Part shown: positions 19,087 through 29,488 of the stretch, piece by piece
Layout of the letters: every line of letters begins with the position of its first letter
Position numbering within the stretch: position 1 is the stretch's first letter
Assembly (NCBI GenBank): GCA_002344075.1
Contig: DDTM01000106.1
Span: 208-64,207, forward strand
Origin: Bacteroidetes bacterium UBA2364
Lineage (GTDB): Bacteria; Bacteroidota; Rhodothermia; Rhodothermales; UBA2364
Direction of reading: 5' to 3'
DNA: 64,000 bases
The notes under the pieces: generated by a model
Databases searched by the model: none
Told to the model about the DNA's origin: nothing
Seen by the model: the letters and a program-made list of their open reading frames with translations, nothing else
Program-made: the position numbers and the translations under genes

Positions 19087-19854
19087 ATGTCAAACCATTT
19101 CGGAAACACTCGTAAACACGTTGAAATTTGTACGTCCACGAACCTGTTGGCCGCAGAATGGGCAAGAGCGGGTACACCTGAGGGTGCTGTGGTTTCTACG
19201 GATTTCCAGACCGCCGGAAGAGGCCGATTGGGGCGCACATGGGATTCCGAATCTTCACACAACCTTATGTTTTCACTGATTTTAAGACCTAATATAAAAC
19301 CAGAACATTATGGGCAATTGGTGTTGGCAGCGGCAGTGGCTGTTTCGGATGTCCTCTCGAAGGCTCTGGCCTTTGAGGTGGTACAAATCAAGTGGCCAAA
19401 CGACATATTGTTGGACGGAAAAAAGGTTTGCGGCATGATTATAGAAACCGTCAGTGGAACCGATGCGCTTATTTTAGGGATTGGTCTAAATGTGAACCAA
19501 CCTACATTTCCGGAGACATTGCGTCAAAAAGCAACCTCGCTGGCCATATTTTCTGGTAAAACCTTCGACCGAGAGGTCCTTTTGGGTTGGATACTGGAAT
19601 CTTTAGAAACCCAACTACACCATTTGTATCAAAAAGGTGTTTCGGATGCACGCCGGTGCTATTTAGCTGCCTTGGCCGGATTGGGAGAGCGCATCACCCT
19701 TCGGGAGAGCAAAGAGGTCATACATCAGGGCATTTTGGCGGGTGTAACTGAAAAGGGCCACCTAATGGTGATGGAGAAGGGGGGAATTCGGGTATTTGTA
19801 GCGGGCGAGGTGAGTTTGTCTGATTTTTATGCAACCGCAGAAAGCCCAAAATAA
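19087..19854 (+). CDS. birA: Biotin--[acetyl-CoA carboxylase] ligase (no HTH domain)
   Basis: Motifs STNL, QTAGRGRLGRTW, KWPNDI and KKVCGMI. Confidence 0.93.
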   Translation: MSNHFGNTRKHVEICTSTNLLAAEWARAGTPEGAVVSTDFQTAGRGRLGRTWDSESSHNLMFSLILRPNIKPEHYGQLVLAAAVAVSDVLSKALAFEVVQIKWPNDILLDGKKVCGMIIETVSGTDALILGIGLNVNQPTFPETLRQKATSLAIFSGKTFDREVLLGWILESLETQLHHLYQKGVSDARRCYLAALAGLGERITLRESKEVIHQGILAGVTEKGHLMVMEKGGIRVFVAGEVSLSDFYATAESPK

Positions 19855-20018
19855 AAAAACGCCTCCAGCCTAATTCACAGGCGTTTAGCGCGTTTCATCC
19901 CGTTACTTCTTTTAACATTCCTCCATTTAGGCTTTGAAAAAGCCATTCGTATCCAGAAACTTTTTTTACGTATCTTATTCAATCCCCCCTTTGCACCTTA
20001 ATTCATTACTGATCAACC

Positions 20019-21182
20019 ATGTCTATCTGGATCACAATCGTTTTGGACGGTGTGGGCATAGGTGAAGCACCCGACGCCCATGAATACGGAGATGAAGGCT
20101 CTAACACTTTAGGCCATATTTGTGCCTTGGCACGTCCGCCCTTGCCCAATCTTACGGCGGCGGGCTTAGGCAATATTGCTCCGTTGGTGGGTATTCCGGC
20201 TGTTGCGCATCCACAAGCCGTTTTTGGGAAAATGCAGGAAGCCTCCGCAGGAAAAGACAGTACTACAGGGCATTGGGAATTGGCCGGATTACCATTAGAT
20301 ACGCCCTTCCCAACGTATCCGAATGGTTTTCCCGAAGACCTTGTGGCGCAATGGGTATCGCTTTGTGGACTTCCGGGCGCACTGGCAAATTGTGTGGCCT
20401 CCGGAACCGCCGTCATCGAAAAGTATGGAGCGGAACACTTAAAAACAGGTAAACCAATTGTTTACACCTCGGCAGATAGCGTTTTTCAAGTGGCTGCCCA
20501 TACCGATTGCGTGCCCATCGAGACACTCTATCGTATCTGCGAAATTGCCCGCAACGAGGTATGTGTGGGGCCTCATGCCGTAGGCCGTGTAATTGCAAGG
20601 CCATTTACCGGCGAACCAGGTGCATTACGGCGGCTTTCCGGTCAGCGTAAAGATTTTTCTTATTTACCCACCCATACCACCTTGCAGGAAGCACTTCAGA
20701 AACAAGGCATTCGGACGATCGCCATCGGGAAAATTGGCGACCTTTTTGGAAATGTGGGCTTCGATGAAATCCGAAAAACAAAATCCAATGCCGAAGGAAT
20801 AAGCCGTACCATCGAAGCGATACAGGACGTGCAGAAAACAGGCGAACGGGCCTTTATCTGGACCAATCTCGTAGATTTTGACCAAGAATACGGCCATCGT
20901 AACGACGTACCCGGGTTTTCAGCGGCCTTGCAGGCTTTTGATGCGGCTCTTCCAGAAATCAGGGCGGTCTTACCCGATGAAGCACGTTTGTGTATCACCG
21001 CCGATCATGGCAACGATCCATCCACTCCCAGCACCGATCACAGCCGAGAATACGTCCCTCTGTTGCTCTTTGGTAGCCCTATCGTCCGTGACATCGGAAC
21101 CCGTACCACTTTTGCCGACCATGCCCAGACGGTAGCCGCATACTTTCAATGTACTTTTGAGTCACCAGGGTTTGCATTTTAG
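20019..21182 (+). CDS. deoB: Phosphopentomutase
   Basis: Motifs DGVGIGEAPDA, GKDSTTGHWE, YTSADSVFQ, NLVDFDQEYGHRND and TADHGNDP. Confidence 0.95.
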   Translation: MSIWITIVLDGVGIGEAPDAHEYGDEGSNTLGHICALARPPLPNLTAAGLGNIAPLVGIPAVAHPQAVFGKMQEASAGKDSTTGHWELAGLPLDTPFPTYPNGFPEDLVAQWVSLCGLPGALANCVASGTAVIEKYGAEHLKTGKPIVYTSADSVFQVAAHTDCVPIETLYRICEIARNEVCVGPHAVGRVIARPFTGEPGALRRLSGQRKDFSYLPTHTTLQEALQKQGIRTIAIGKIGDLFGNVGFDEIRKTKSNAEGISRTIEAIQDVQKTGERAFIWTNLVDFDQEYGHRNDVPGFSAALQAFDAALPEIRAVLPDEARLCITADHGNDPSTPSTDHSREYVPLLLFGSPIVRDIGTRTTFADHAQTVAAYFQCTFESPGFAF

Positions 21183-21268
21183 GCGACGAACTTGAACTTT
21201 ACCCTACCTTTGCAAAAAGTGACCGTTTTTCCCTTATCTTTTAGACTTTATGCCCAAAACAAGCATCA

Positions 21269-21823
21269 ATGCACCGGACTTTTTCGTTCTGCCTGTTCTT
21301 TTTTGGGGTGGCCGGATGTGTACCTAAAGCCATCCCTAATAAGGAGCCTGTTAAGCGTTTTGTGATGCCTACCGAAGGACTCACTCCTGCCGAGTCTTTT
21401 GTTAAAAATCGAATTCAAAAAGAGGGTATCCATGTGGTACACTTCTGGGCGCCGTGGTGTGGGAACTCCATCAACGAGTTAAAATCTGGCTGGTATGAGG
21501 CGATTGGAGCATATGCAGCAGATGAAAGCGTAACGTTTACGTTTGTGACCCTCTGGAACCACGGCAAAAGTGCACGCGATGTGATGGACCGATACCTGAT
21601 TCCCGAAATCGTGTCGGAACAAGTTCTACCAGATTTCGGAGACTCGGACGAATATATCCATCGTCGCCGTATTTTTTTGGGATTGCCTGTAACTTGGACG
21701 CCCACTACATGGGTCTTTCATAAGTCTGGGCAATTGGCCTATGCGTTTAACTATGGCGAAACAACTCCCGAAGTGCTCAAAAATGCCATCGAAGGCGCCC
21801 GTGCATCGTGGCACCATGAGTAA
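21269..21823 (+). CDS. Thioredoxin-fold (TlpA-like) lipoprotein with CxxS motif
   Basis: Lipobox VAGC; HFWAPWCGNS; TPTT cis-Pro loop. Confidence 0.7.
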   Translation: MHRTFSFCLFFFGVAGCVPKAIPNKEPVKRFVMPTEGLTPAESFVKNRIQKEGIHVVHFWAPWCGNSINELKSGWYEAIGAYAADESVTFTFVTLWNHGKSARDVMDRYLIPEIVSEQVLPDFGDSDEYIHRRRIFLGLPVTWTPTTWVFHKSGQLAYAFNYGETTPEVLKNAIEGARASWHHE

Positions 21824-21914
21824 GCGGCGTTAATGAGTACGTGGCGTTGGCACCCCAACATACCGAAGATATTTAATCCATTAATTTGTATCCCCTAACC
21901 GAAACCCCAGCCGA

Positions 21915-24800
21915 ATGAATGCCCGTTTAATGCATCGAATTGCCGCCGGATTTTCCTTCTTATACGCATTTGTGATCTATTTCCTGACGATGGCCGATAC
22001 TGTGTCCTTCTGGGACTGTGGCGAGTTTATTGCCATCGGTCATGGCTTACAGGTCTCGCACCCGCCCGGCGCACCTTTTTACATGCTTATTGGGCGGCTC
22101 TTCTCGATGTTTATGCCGACATCCCAAATTGCATGGAGCGTCAACCTAATCTCGGTACTTTCCTCTGCTGGAACCACCTTACTTACGTATCTGATTGTCA
22201 CACGGATGATTGAGGAATGGAAAGGCCGACTTGAAAATTGGGAAGGATTAGACTTGGTGGCGGGATTGGGCGGTGGTCTGATAGCAGCTCTCACCTTTAC
22301 CGTGACCGACTCGCACTGGTTCAACTCGGTCGAGGCCGAGGTATATGCCATTTCTATGTTCTTCACAGCCCTTGTGGTTTGGCTAACCTTCAAATGGGTG
22401 GACCAAGTGCGCCGCGATGAACAAAAATTAGGTGGGCAACTCGGTGGGGTTTCTTCCCGATGGCTTTTATTGATTGCATACTTATTCGGATTAGCCACAG
22501 GCGTTCACTTGCTCAACTTGTTGGCCATCTTTTTTACGGGTCTGCTGGTGTACTACGAAAAATTCGACAAGCCGGAGTTTACCAATGGAAAACGATTCAA
22601 AGGCATTGTCATCACCGGACTTTTGTCTTCGGTTATTTTCTTTATCATTTATCCGGGTATCATCCAAAGCCTGCCTTCTCTTGCTGGTAGTTCGGGTGTA
22701 CCAGGGCTTGTGATGTTGGTGGTACCTTTTGTCGTAGCCGCATTGGTTTACTACTCTCATATCAATAAAAAACAATTGCTTAATTTATTTAGTATTGGCT
22801 TATTGTTGGTGATTATTGGATATTCTACCTACGCCCTAATATTCATTCGTAGTGCTGCCAATCCGCCAATTGATGAGAATGATCCAGAAACGGTGGATGC
22901 CATCGTTTCTTATTTGAAACGAGAGCAATATGGCAGAACACCGTTGCTTACTGGCGCTTCTTACGACAACGATACGGGCACTATAGACCCAGAAAAAAAC
23001 AAACTTTTCCCTCGCCGATGGTCAGACCAAAGCCAAGAGCACATCCGGTTTTATGCGCAGTTCGACTCCGATTGGGACTTTTTCTGGCGATATCAGGTAA
23101 ATCACATGTATATCCGTTATTTTCTCTGGAATTTCATGGGGAAAGCCGGAGACTACCAAGGCGCTTCTTGGATTGCTTTCCCGGATGCGAATATCGAGGC
23201 CAATATGCAAACCCCCAGCGAGAAAAAATCGCACAATGCTCTTTACGGGTTACCGCTTTTACTGGGACTAATCGGGATGGGCTGGCACATTAAACAAGAC
23301 TGGCGAAGGGCTTTTGCTGTGGGGATTTTATTCTTTGTTACAGGAATTGGCATTATCCTATATCTGAACCAAACCCCCATGCAGCCACGGGAGCGCGATT
23401 ATGCCTATGTGGCCAGCTTCTGGGCCTTTGCCTTCTGGATAGGGATTGGTGCCACGGGATTGATCGAATTGGCCGGGCAGGCCCTTAGAAATCTTGCATC
23501 ATCTGCCAAAACCGGGGCAGCGGGGGCTGTTCTGGCACTTTGTTTTGTTGCCGTGCCGGGCCATATGCTCATGGAAAACTATGCCGACCACAACCGCAAA
23601 GGCGAGCGTGTGGCATGGGATTATGCGTGGAATATGTTGAATTCTCTCGAAAAAGACGCCATTATTTTTACCAATGGTGATAATGACACCTTCCCACTCT
23701 GGTATCTGCAAGAAGTGGAAGGGGTGCGACGAGATGTCCGCGTTGTAAACCTCTCTTTGCTACAAACACCGTGGTACATCCGACAATTAAAAAACCAAAA
23801 GTCTCACAATGCGGCTCCATTGCCCATTTCTATGACTGATGCAGCCATTGACGCCATAGATATCCAACCAATCGAAGGCGGCGGCCAAAAGGTATCTCTT
23901 CCGTTAAACCCAAGCATCTTTCAAACTGGTGGGGTTTTTAATCATGCTATGGCAGATTCGCTTCAGGCCCCCACAAAGATGGAATGGACCGTGAAAGGAC
24001 ATCCGTACTCCGAAGAAATCAGTCTTTTGTATCCAAACGATCAGGCCGTATTAGACGTAATCAAAACCAATGCCGAGCAAGGTTGGAAACGCCCTATCTA
24101 TTTTGCCGTCACCGTTGCACCAGATGGCTTGGTTAACTTGGAAGATTACCTACAGTTAGAAGGGTTGGCTACGAGGGTGGTTCCTATTCAGCACCATGAA
24201 TCACAAGGACGGGTGGTTCCAGATGTTATGCTCCGGCGCACGGCGCAATTTCGCTTTACAGGTCTAAACGACCCTAATATCTATTTCGATGATAATATTC
24301 GGGGTATGACGGATAACTACCGGACGCTTTTCCTACAACTGGCAGATCAATTGATTCGCTCCGGTAAAACAACCGAGGCCAGACAAGTGGTGGAGCGATT
24401 GGCAAAGCAGGTAGATCCAAAAGTGATCCCTCCGGATTTTTATTCTACCTATCTGTTTTCGGAAACCTACCGCAAAATGGGAGAAACCAAGCGCGCAGAT
24501 GAAATGATGCGAACCGCCGAAAACATGGCCATCCGACAATACAAAGCGGGTACAGACGTAGAAAAAGCCCAACTCTATGCCGAACAAATTTGGCGGACGT
24601 ATATGATTGGTGGGCAATTCGACAAAGCCGCACAATACGGGCAACGGCTGATGCGCGAACTTGGCCTGCAAAACGAGGAATACCGTATGGATGCCAAACA
24701 GCTCAAAGACTTGTTCGAGGAATCCAAACGGTATCAAGAAGAACAAGAACGTGCCTCTGCCGATACCTTACAAAGCCTGCCCGACACCTTGCAACAGTAA
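21915..24800 (+). CDS. DUF2723 (TMEM260-like) GT-C membrane protein
   Basis: Motifs WDCGEF, HPPGAPFY, EAEVYA, ERDYAY and FTNGDNDTFPLWYLQEVEG; many TMs. Confidence 0.9.
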   Translation: MNARLMHRIAAGFSFLYAFVIYFLTMADTVSFWDCGEFIAIGHGLQVSHPPGAPFYMLIGRLFSMFMPTSQIAWSVNLISVLSSAGTTLLTYLIVTRMIEEWKGRLENWEGLDLVAGLGGGLIAALTFTVTDSHWFNSVEAEVYAISMFFTALVVWLTFKWVDQVRRDEQKLGGQLGGVSSRWLLLIAYLFGLATGVHLLNLLAIFFTGLLVYYEKFDKPEFTNGKRFKGIVITGLLSSVIFFIIYPGIIQSLPSLAGSSGVPGLVMLVVPFVVAALVYYSHINKKQLLNLFSIGLLLVIIGYSTYALIFIRSAANPPIDENDPETVDAIVSYLKREQYGRTPLLTGASYDNDTGTIDPEKNKLFPRRWSDQSQEHIRFYAQFDSDWDFFWRYQVNHMYIRYFLWNFMGKAGDYQGASWIAFPDANIEANMQTPSEKKSHNALYGLPLLLGLIGMGWHIKQDWRRAFAVGILFFVTGIGIILYLNQTPMQPRERDYAYVASFWAFAFWIGIGATGLIELAGQALRNLASSAKTGAAGAVLALCFVAVPGHMLMENYADHNRKGERVAWDYAWNMLNSLEKDAIIFTNGDNDTFPLWYLQEVEGVRRDVRVVNLSLLQTPWYIRQLKNQKSHNAAPLPISMTDAAIDAIDIQPIEGGGQKVSLPLNPSIFQTGGVFNHAMADSLQAPTKMEWTVKGHPYSEEISLLYPNDQAVLDVIKTNAEQGWKRPIYFAVTVAPDGLVNLEDYLQLEGLATRVVPIQHHESQGRVVPDVMLRRTAQFRFTGLNDPNIYFDDNIRGMTDNYRTLFLQLADQLIRSGKTTEARQVVERLAKQVDPKVIPPDFYSTYLFSETYRKMGETKRADEMMRTAENMAIRQYKAGTDVEKAQLYAEQIWRTYMIGGQFDKAAQYGQRLMRELGLQNEEYRMDAKQLKDLFEESKRYQEEQERASADTLQSLPDTLQQ

Positions 24801-24882
24801 TCGGGGTAGCTATATGGTTTATACGGAGGCTCACAAGGCCTCCGTTTTGGTTATGATTCATCCCACGCAAGACCGCATCCGT

Positions 24883-25359
24883 ATGTCCGAAACTGCCATT
24901 TGCCCATTTTGCCCGCCAGCAGTAGAGAATGCTGTTTTTGCAGAAGACGCAACCTGTCGGGCTATTTACAACCTGTCACCGATTTTGCCTGGCCATATTT
25001 TAGTGATTCCCAAACGGCATGTGGGACGAATTGCGGAATTATGGGAGGATGAATGGGTTCAATTTTGGGTTTTTGCACGCCAAATGGCCAGTTTTGTTAT
25101 GGCTTATTTTTATGCCGATGGCTGTGATTGGACTATTCAGGACGGCGGCTCTGCCGGACAAACCGTAGGCCACGTACACCTACACCTGATTCCGCGTTAC
25201 ATCGGAGACTTACCAAAGGCAGGCGATTGGTATCCTCGTCTAGTGGCACAACAGTCGGGGGACTCTTCGGAAAGACCAGGTCTGAATCCGGACGAGATGG
25301 CACAAATCATTCAGCACCTCCGCACGGAAGTGGCGCGAAGAAAGCAATCATTTGTATGA
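24883..25359 (+). CDS. HIT family hydrolase, Fhit-like
   Basis: Motifs CPFC, PGHILVIP and QDGGSAGQTVGHVHLHLIPR (HxHxH). The start at 24883 is preferred, but 24814 is possible. Confidence 0.85.
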   Translation: MSETAICPFCPPAVENAVFAEDATCRAIYNLSPILPGHILVIPKRHVGRIAELWEDEWVQFWVFARQMASFVMAYFYADGCDWTIQDGGSAGQTVGHVHLHLIPRYIGDLPKAGDWYPRLVAQQSGDSSERPGLNPDEMAQIIQHLRTEVARRKQSFV

Positions 25360-25625
25360 AATTGCATATAAGGACAAAAGAAGAGGCGAGGATTTTGTTT
25401 TTTTAGGCACGTATCATACATGTAGGACCACTCACTTTTAATTTTCAGTCTTATACGATTGTATGGTACCTAAACTTGGTAGAAGGACAGAATAGGTTCC
25501 AAAAACCTGTGCCCTGCCTTAAACCTGTATGGATTAAGCGATTTCAGAAAACTTATGTGCGGAGTGCGGGATCAGGCGGGAAAGTGCGTAGTTTTACACC
25601 AACACCAACCCATGGCATCAGCAAT

Positions 25626-27572
25626 ATGAGCAGCGAAAAAGCAACCCATGAAAAAGACTTTATTGTAACCGCCCGGAAATACCGGCCACAAACCTTTGGG
25701 GATTTGGTCTCACAGGCACATGTCTCCGAGACGCTGCGAAATGCGATCCAATCGGGCCGCTTGGCCCATGCCTATTTATTCAGCGGGCCACGCGGTGTGG
25801 GTAAAACCACAGGAGCACGCCTATTGGCCAAAGCAATCAATTGTACCACCCCACTTTCCGAGCGAGACCGAGGCGAGGCTTGCCGGCAGTGCGAATCGTG
25901 CCGAAGTTTCGAGGAAGGGCGAAGTCTGAACATTATTGAAATTGATGCGGCCTCCAACAACTCGGTGGACGACATCCGGGCATTGCGAGACAAAGTCATT
26001 ATTCCACCGCAAGGTGCCCGCAAAAAAGTATATATTATAGACGAAGTACATATGTTGTCCAATGCCGCCTTTAATGCCCTATTAAAGACGTTGGAAGAAC
26101 CTCCTCCACATGCACTATTTATTTTTGCCACCACCGAGCCGCATAAAGTCTTACCGACCATTTTATCGCGGTGCCAACGCTTCGACTTTAAGCGTATTCC
26201 GGTTACCGATATTGTGGGCCGGCTCAAGGAAATTTGCAGCATAGAAGGGTTTACGGCAGACGAAGAATCGTTGGTACTCATTGCACAAAAAGGTGATGGC
26301 GCACTCCGCGATGCCCTCTCGGTATTTGATCAGTCTATTGCCCTTTGTGGTACCGATCTCCACTACGTAGAACTGGCCAAGGCACTTGGGGTTATTGCAA
26401 ATGACCTATATTTTACCATTACAGACCTGATTCACCAGCGGGAAACAGCCCCCATTTTTAGTTTTGTTCAAGATTTGGTCACTTCTGGGGCAGATTATTT
26501 AGAATTCGTTGGCGGACTATCGGGCCACCTTCGGAACTTATTGGTGGCCCATTCCACAAAATCTGGCGCCTTGATTGAGGCTGCCGAAGCTGTACAACAG
26601 CGATATCAGGAGGAAGCGACTCGCTTTGCCGAACCAGACTTGCTCCGGATGCTGCAATTGGTATCGGAGGGAGAACAAACCCTTAAAACCAGTGCCCAAC
26701 CGCGCCTTCGTTTAGAGATGATGCTGGTCAAATTGGTTACCATGCCTGCATCGGTGGACCTCAACCAGTTATTGCGGCACTTAGGCCGTCTTGAGTCACA
26801 AATAAAATCTGGTCATGTACCTCCGGCAGCCTCCTCTTCCGGATCTTCGGCAAGCCCTGCTTCTTCGCCACCCACGGATGGAGGCCCCCCCGCTTTGGTA
26901 TCCAAACCCACCTCTTATGTCAGTTCCAGATCCATCCCCAACGCAGACCCGCCCCCAACAGTAGCAGCGCCTGCCCCCACCACTGTCCTCACCCCAAAAG
27001 TAGAACGTGCTCAGACCACATCCAGAACGCCCGTTTCTTATGAAGCCCTTTTTGGTAAACCAGCATTGGCTGGTGTTACGCCCGCTCATCCAACCAAAGT
27101 ACAAGATCCAGAAACCCCGTCAACCACCCTCAGTCAGCCAGCGGTACGTATTCAGGTCGCTGAAAAAGCGGCTCAGGAAGATTATAACCGGATATTCTTC
27201 CAAGCCAATAAACATTGGTCAGACTTCCTCAGTCGGATTAAGCGGGGGCGCATTGCCATATTTGGAATGCTAAACCAGACACGCTTAGAGCGTGCAGAAC
27301 GGACTACCTTAATGATTGCTGCGCCAGATGTAATGCATGCAGACTTATTGACACAACAACGAGACTGGCTGGCTTCGGAGTTGGCAGATGTAGCAGGGCT
27401 AAGCCACCCCCCAAACTTGACCTTCTATATACAACCCGCACAACAATCTGAAACCGCACAAAAGACCGAAGCCGAAGCAAACGATCCCTACCAACAACTA
27501 CAACGCCTCAGTCAAACCAACGCCACAGTTCGCGCCCTGATAGATCACTTCGGTGCAGAAATCGTCTGGTGA
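25626..27572 (+). CDS. dnaX: DNA polymerase III subunit gamma/tau
   Basis: Motifs ARKYRP, GPRGVGKTT, the zinc-binding Cys cluster, IIDEVHML and SRCQ; Pro/Ser/Thr-rich linker. Confidence 0.95.
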   Translation: MSSEKATHEKDFIVTARKYRPQTFGDLVSQAHVSETLRNAIQSGRLAHAYLFSGPRGVGKTTGARLLAKAINCTTPLSERDRGEACRQCESCRSFEEGRSLNIIEIDAASNNSVDDIRALRDKVIIPPQGARKKVYIIDEVHMLSNAAFNALLKTLEEPPPHALFIFATTEPHKVLPTILSRCQRFDFKRIPVTDIVGRLKEICSIEGFTADEESLVLIAQKGDGALRDALSVFDQSIALCGTDLHYVELAKALGVIANDLYFTITDLIHQRETAPIFSFVQDLVTSGADYLEFVGGLSGHLRNLLVAHSTKSGALIEAAEAVQQRYQEEATRFAEPDLLRMLQLVSEGEQTLKTSAQPRLRLEMMLVKLVTMPASVDLNQLLRHLGRLESQIKSGHVPPAASSSGSSASPASSPPTDGGPPALVSKPTSYVSSRSIPNADPPPTVAAPAPTTVLTPKVERAQTTSRTPVSYEALFGKPALAGVTPAHPTKVQDPETPSTTLSQPAVRIQVAEKAAQEDYNRIFFQANKHWSDFLSRIKRGRIAIFGMLNQTRLERAERTTLMIAAPDVMHADLLTQQRDWLASELADVAGLSHPPNLTFYIQPAQQSETAQKTEAEANDPYQQLQRLSQTNATVRALIDHFGAEIVW

Positions 27573-27605
27573 TTCTTTCTTAATTCTCATAAAGCGACTA
27601 CTCTC

Positions 27606-28244
27606 TTGAACTTTTTGGCACACCTCTTTCTGGCCGAGAACTCGCCGGAATCCCGATTGGGTAACCTCCTTGGGGATTTTGTAAAAGGCAGTTTGGCCTC
27701 GTTACCCTTTCCACCGGATGTGGTTAAAGGAATTGCGGAACATCGCCATATAGATGTTTATACTGATCGCCATCTTATTGTAAAACAAAGCCAAACCCTT
27801 ATCGGTAGTCATAACCGACGCTTTGCGGGTATTGCCATAGACGTTATCTACGATCATTTTTTGGCACGTGACTGGTCCTCGTTCCATCCCATACCGCTTC
27901 AGGAGTTCACGGCCCAATGCTATCGTGAAGTCAAGGGTCAGTGGGATCTGCTGCCACCACGACTTCGATTTGTATTGCCTTACATGGAAAAAGACGACTG
28001 GTTAGCCGGATATGCCCACCGTATTGGGATCGAAAACGCCTTGACGGGACTGGGGAAGCGAATGCAACGTCAATTTGGAGTCTCCAACCAATTTGCCGAC
28101 ACCTATTTAGATTTCACGACCCATTATGGCACATTGGAAGAACACTTCACGACCTTTTTTCCGCAACTACACGCATTTGTTGCTACTTTACGGAAAGACG
28201 CTGTTACTCCCATAGCCGAAGTTCCGGCTACTGTTCAGAAATAA
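27606..28244 (+). CDS. acpH: ACP phosphodiesterase
   Basis: TTG start; NFLAHL, GNLLGDFVKG, HRHIDVYTDRH and DVIYDHFLA motifs. Confidence 0.85.
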   Translation: MNFLAHLFLAENSPESRLGNLLGDFVKGSLASLPFPPDVVKGIAEHRHIDVYTDRHLIVKQSQTLIGSHNRRFAGIAIDVIYDHFLARDWSSFHPIPLQEFTAQCYREVKGQWDLLPPRLRFVLPYMEKDDWLAGYAHRIGIENALTGLGKRMQRQFGVSNQFADTYLDFTTHYGTLEEHFTTFFPQLHAFVATLRKDAVTPIAEVPATVQK

Positions 28245-28260
28245 TCATAGCCCTACTTTT

Positions 28261-29040
28261 ATGCAAAGCAGAATCCTACGTTCTTTTTCCATACTTTTCC
28301 TGAGCGCATTCTTTTTGAACGCCTGCGACATTTTCAACAAAGCGGAGGTCCAAATAGAAGATCTGGTGGTGGGTACTGGCGAGGTTGGTAGTTTGTACAA
28401 TTCATGGCAGGTACAATATACCGCAACCATACTCGGACAAACCACGCCTTTTGAGCAATCTACTGCTGAAAAGCCCCTGACGTTTGTCAATGATTTTTCA
28501 ATCTCCCCCACAGGTTTTAGTGACGGTATTCAAGGGATGCGTGTGGGCGGAAAGCGGAAGATAACCGTCCCGCCCAGTTTGGCCTGGGGACGAGACGGTA
28601 TCAAAGACCGCAACGGAAAGGTAATCGTCCCCAAAAATGCCACCATCATCTTTGAAGTAGAATTATTAGGGCAGCCTTCGGTCACCAAGACAGAAATTAC
28701 GGCAGGGTCTGGGGAAGAGGCAGACCAAAATGACTTGCTCGAAGTGAAATATAAAGGCTATTTTGTGGATGCTCGCGGCTACTTCACCGATGGGACGGTT
28801 TTTGACCAATCTACGGGTGACGCCACGTTTAAATTTACTCTTGGCGTGAGCAATGTAATTCCCGGATGGCATTTGGGTTTGGTGGGCGCCCGAAAAGGAA
28901 CCAAGCGCACGTTGATTATCCCGCCACACCTTGGCTATGGCTCTTATGGCGTTCCCAATTATCAGTCTGGCGGATATTCTATTCCTCCTCATGCCACACT
29001 GGGCTTCGAGGTGGAAGTTGTTAATATCACCAAAGGGTAA
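28261..29040 (+). CDS. Lipoprotein with two FKBP-type peptidyl-prolyl isomerase domains
   Basis: Lipobox LNAC; GMRVGGKRKITVPPSLAWG and VIPGW...RTLIIPPHLGYG. Confidence 0.9.
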   Translation: MQSRILRSFSILFLSAFFLNACDIFNKAEVQIEDLVVGTGEVGSLYNSWQVQYTATILGQTTPFEQSTAEKPLTFVNDFSISPTGFSDGIQGMRVGGKRKITVPPSLAWGRDGIKDRNGKVIVPKNATIIFEVELLGQPSVTKTEITAGSGEEADQNDLLEVKYKGYFVDARGYFTDGTVFDQSTGDATFKFTLGVSNVIPGWHLGLVGARKGTKRTLIIPPHLGYGSYGVPNYQSGGYSIPPHATLGFEVEVVNITKG

Positions 29041-29311
29041 CACAAAACGTATTACAAGATCAATGGATAGGCTTCCTATATCATTGTTTATTAATTACTT
29101 GGATCCTGCTAAATGAGAGTTTCACATGACCTAAACATATACATCCGGAGTTGCAAAAAGGGAAAACTCTCTTGGTGACAAATGCCTTCGACGACAAAAC
29201 TTATGATGTGGTCGAAGGCGTTTTACGTAAATATCGTGACCTCGAAGAAAAAGAAATGACGCAAGATTTTTCTTTAGAGATGAGATGTGTTTTCCACATT
29301 GCATACAGTGC

Positions 29312-29408
29312 TAAGGGGAGTATTTCAAAAATGCAAATACCATAGATTAAATAATATGTGGAAGATATACCTGTTCTATACTTTGGGAAGTTTTGAACTG
29401 TATCCTAT
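29312..29408. mobile_element. MITE/REP-like inverted-repeat element, copy C (reverse orientation, decayed)
   Basis: The reverse complement reads ATAGGATACAGTTCAAAACTTCCCAAA...TATTTGCATTTTTGAAATACTCCCCTTA, matching both ends of copies A and B. Confidence 0.6.
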
Positions 29409-29488
29409 GAGTTTTACACGTTGATAGGGAAAAAATACATAAAAGCGCCTAATCTTCACACGATTAACCAACCTGATTTCGAGATATA

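Noticed and set aside
13692-19947. Identical 15-mer TTTGAAAAAGCCATT at 13692-13706 and 19933-19947
   Set aside because: AT-rich, with no shared flanks. A match of this length can arise by chance in 64 kb.
25571-25592. TCAGG-CGG-GAAA segment upstream of dnaX resembling SRP RNA domain IV
   Set aside because: It lacks the AGCAG partner strand and the long flanking helix.
26022-26028. AAAAAAG in dnaX as a possible programmed -1 frameshift site
   Set aside because: It is phased AAA AAA G rather than A AAA AAG, and lies too early (inside the AAA+ domain) to give a gamma subunit.
29133-29488. Apparent stop-riddled pseudogene extending the 64-aa ORF at 29151-29345
   Set aside because: All three in-frame stops after the ORF body fall inside repeat copy C (29312-29408), and I recognise no protein family, so the protein-like reading is probably spurious.
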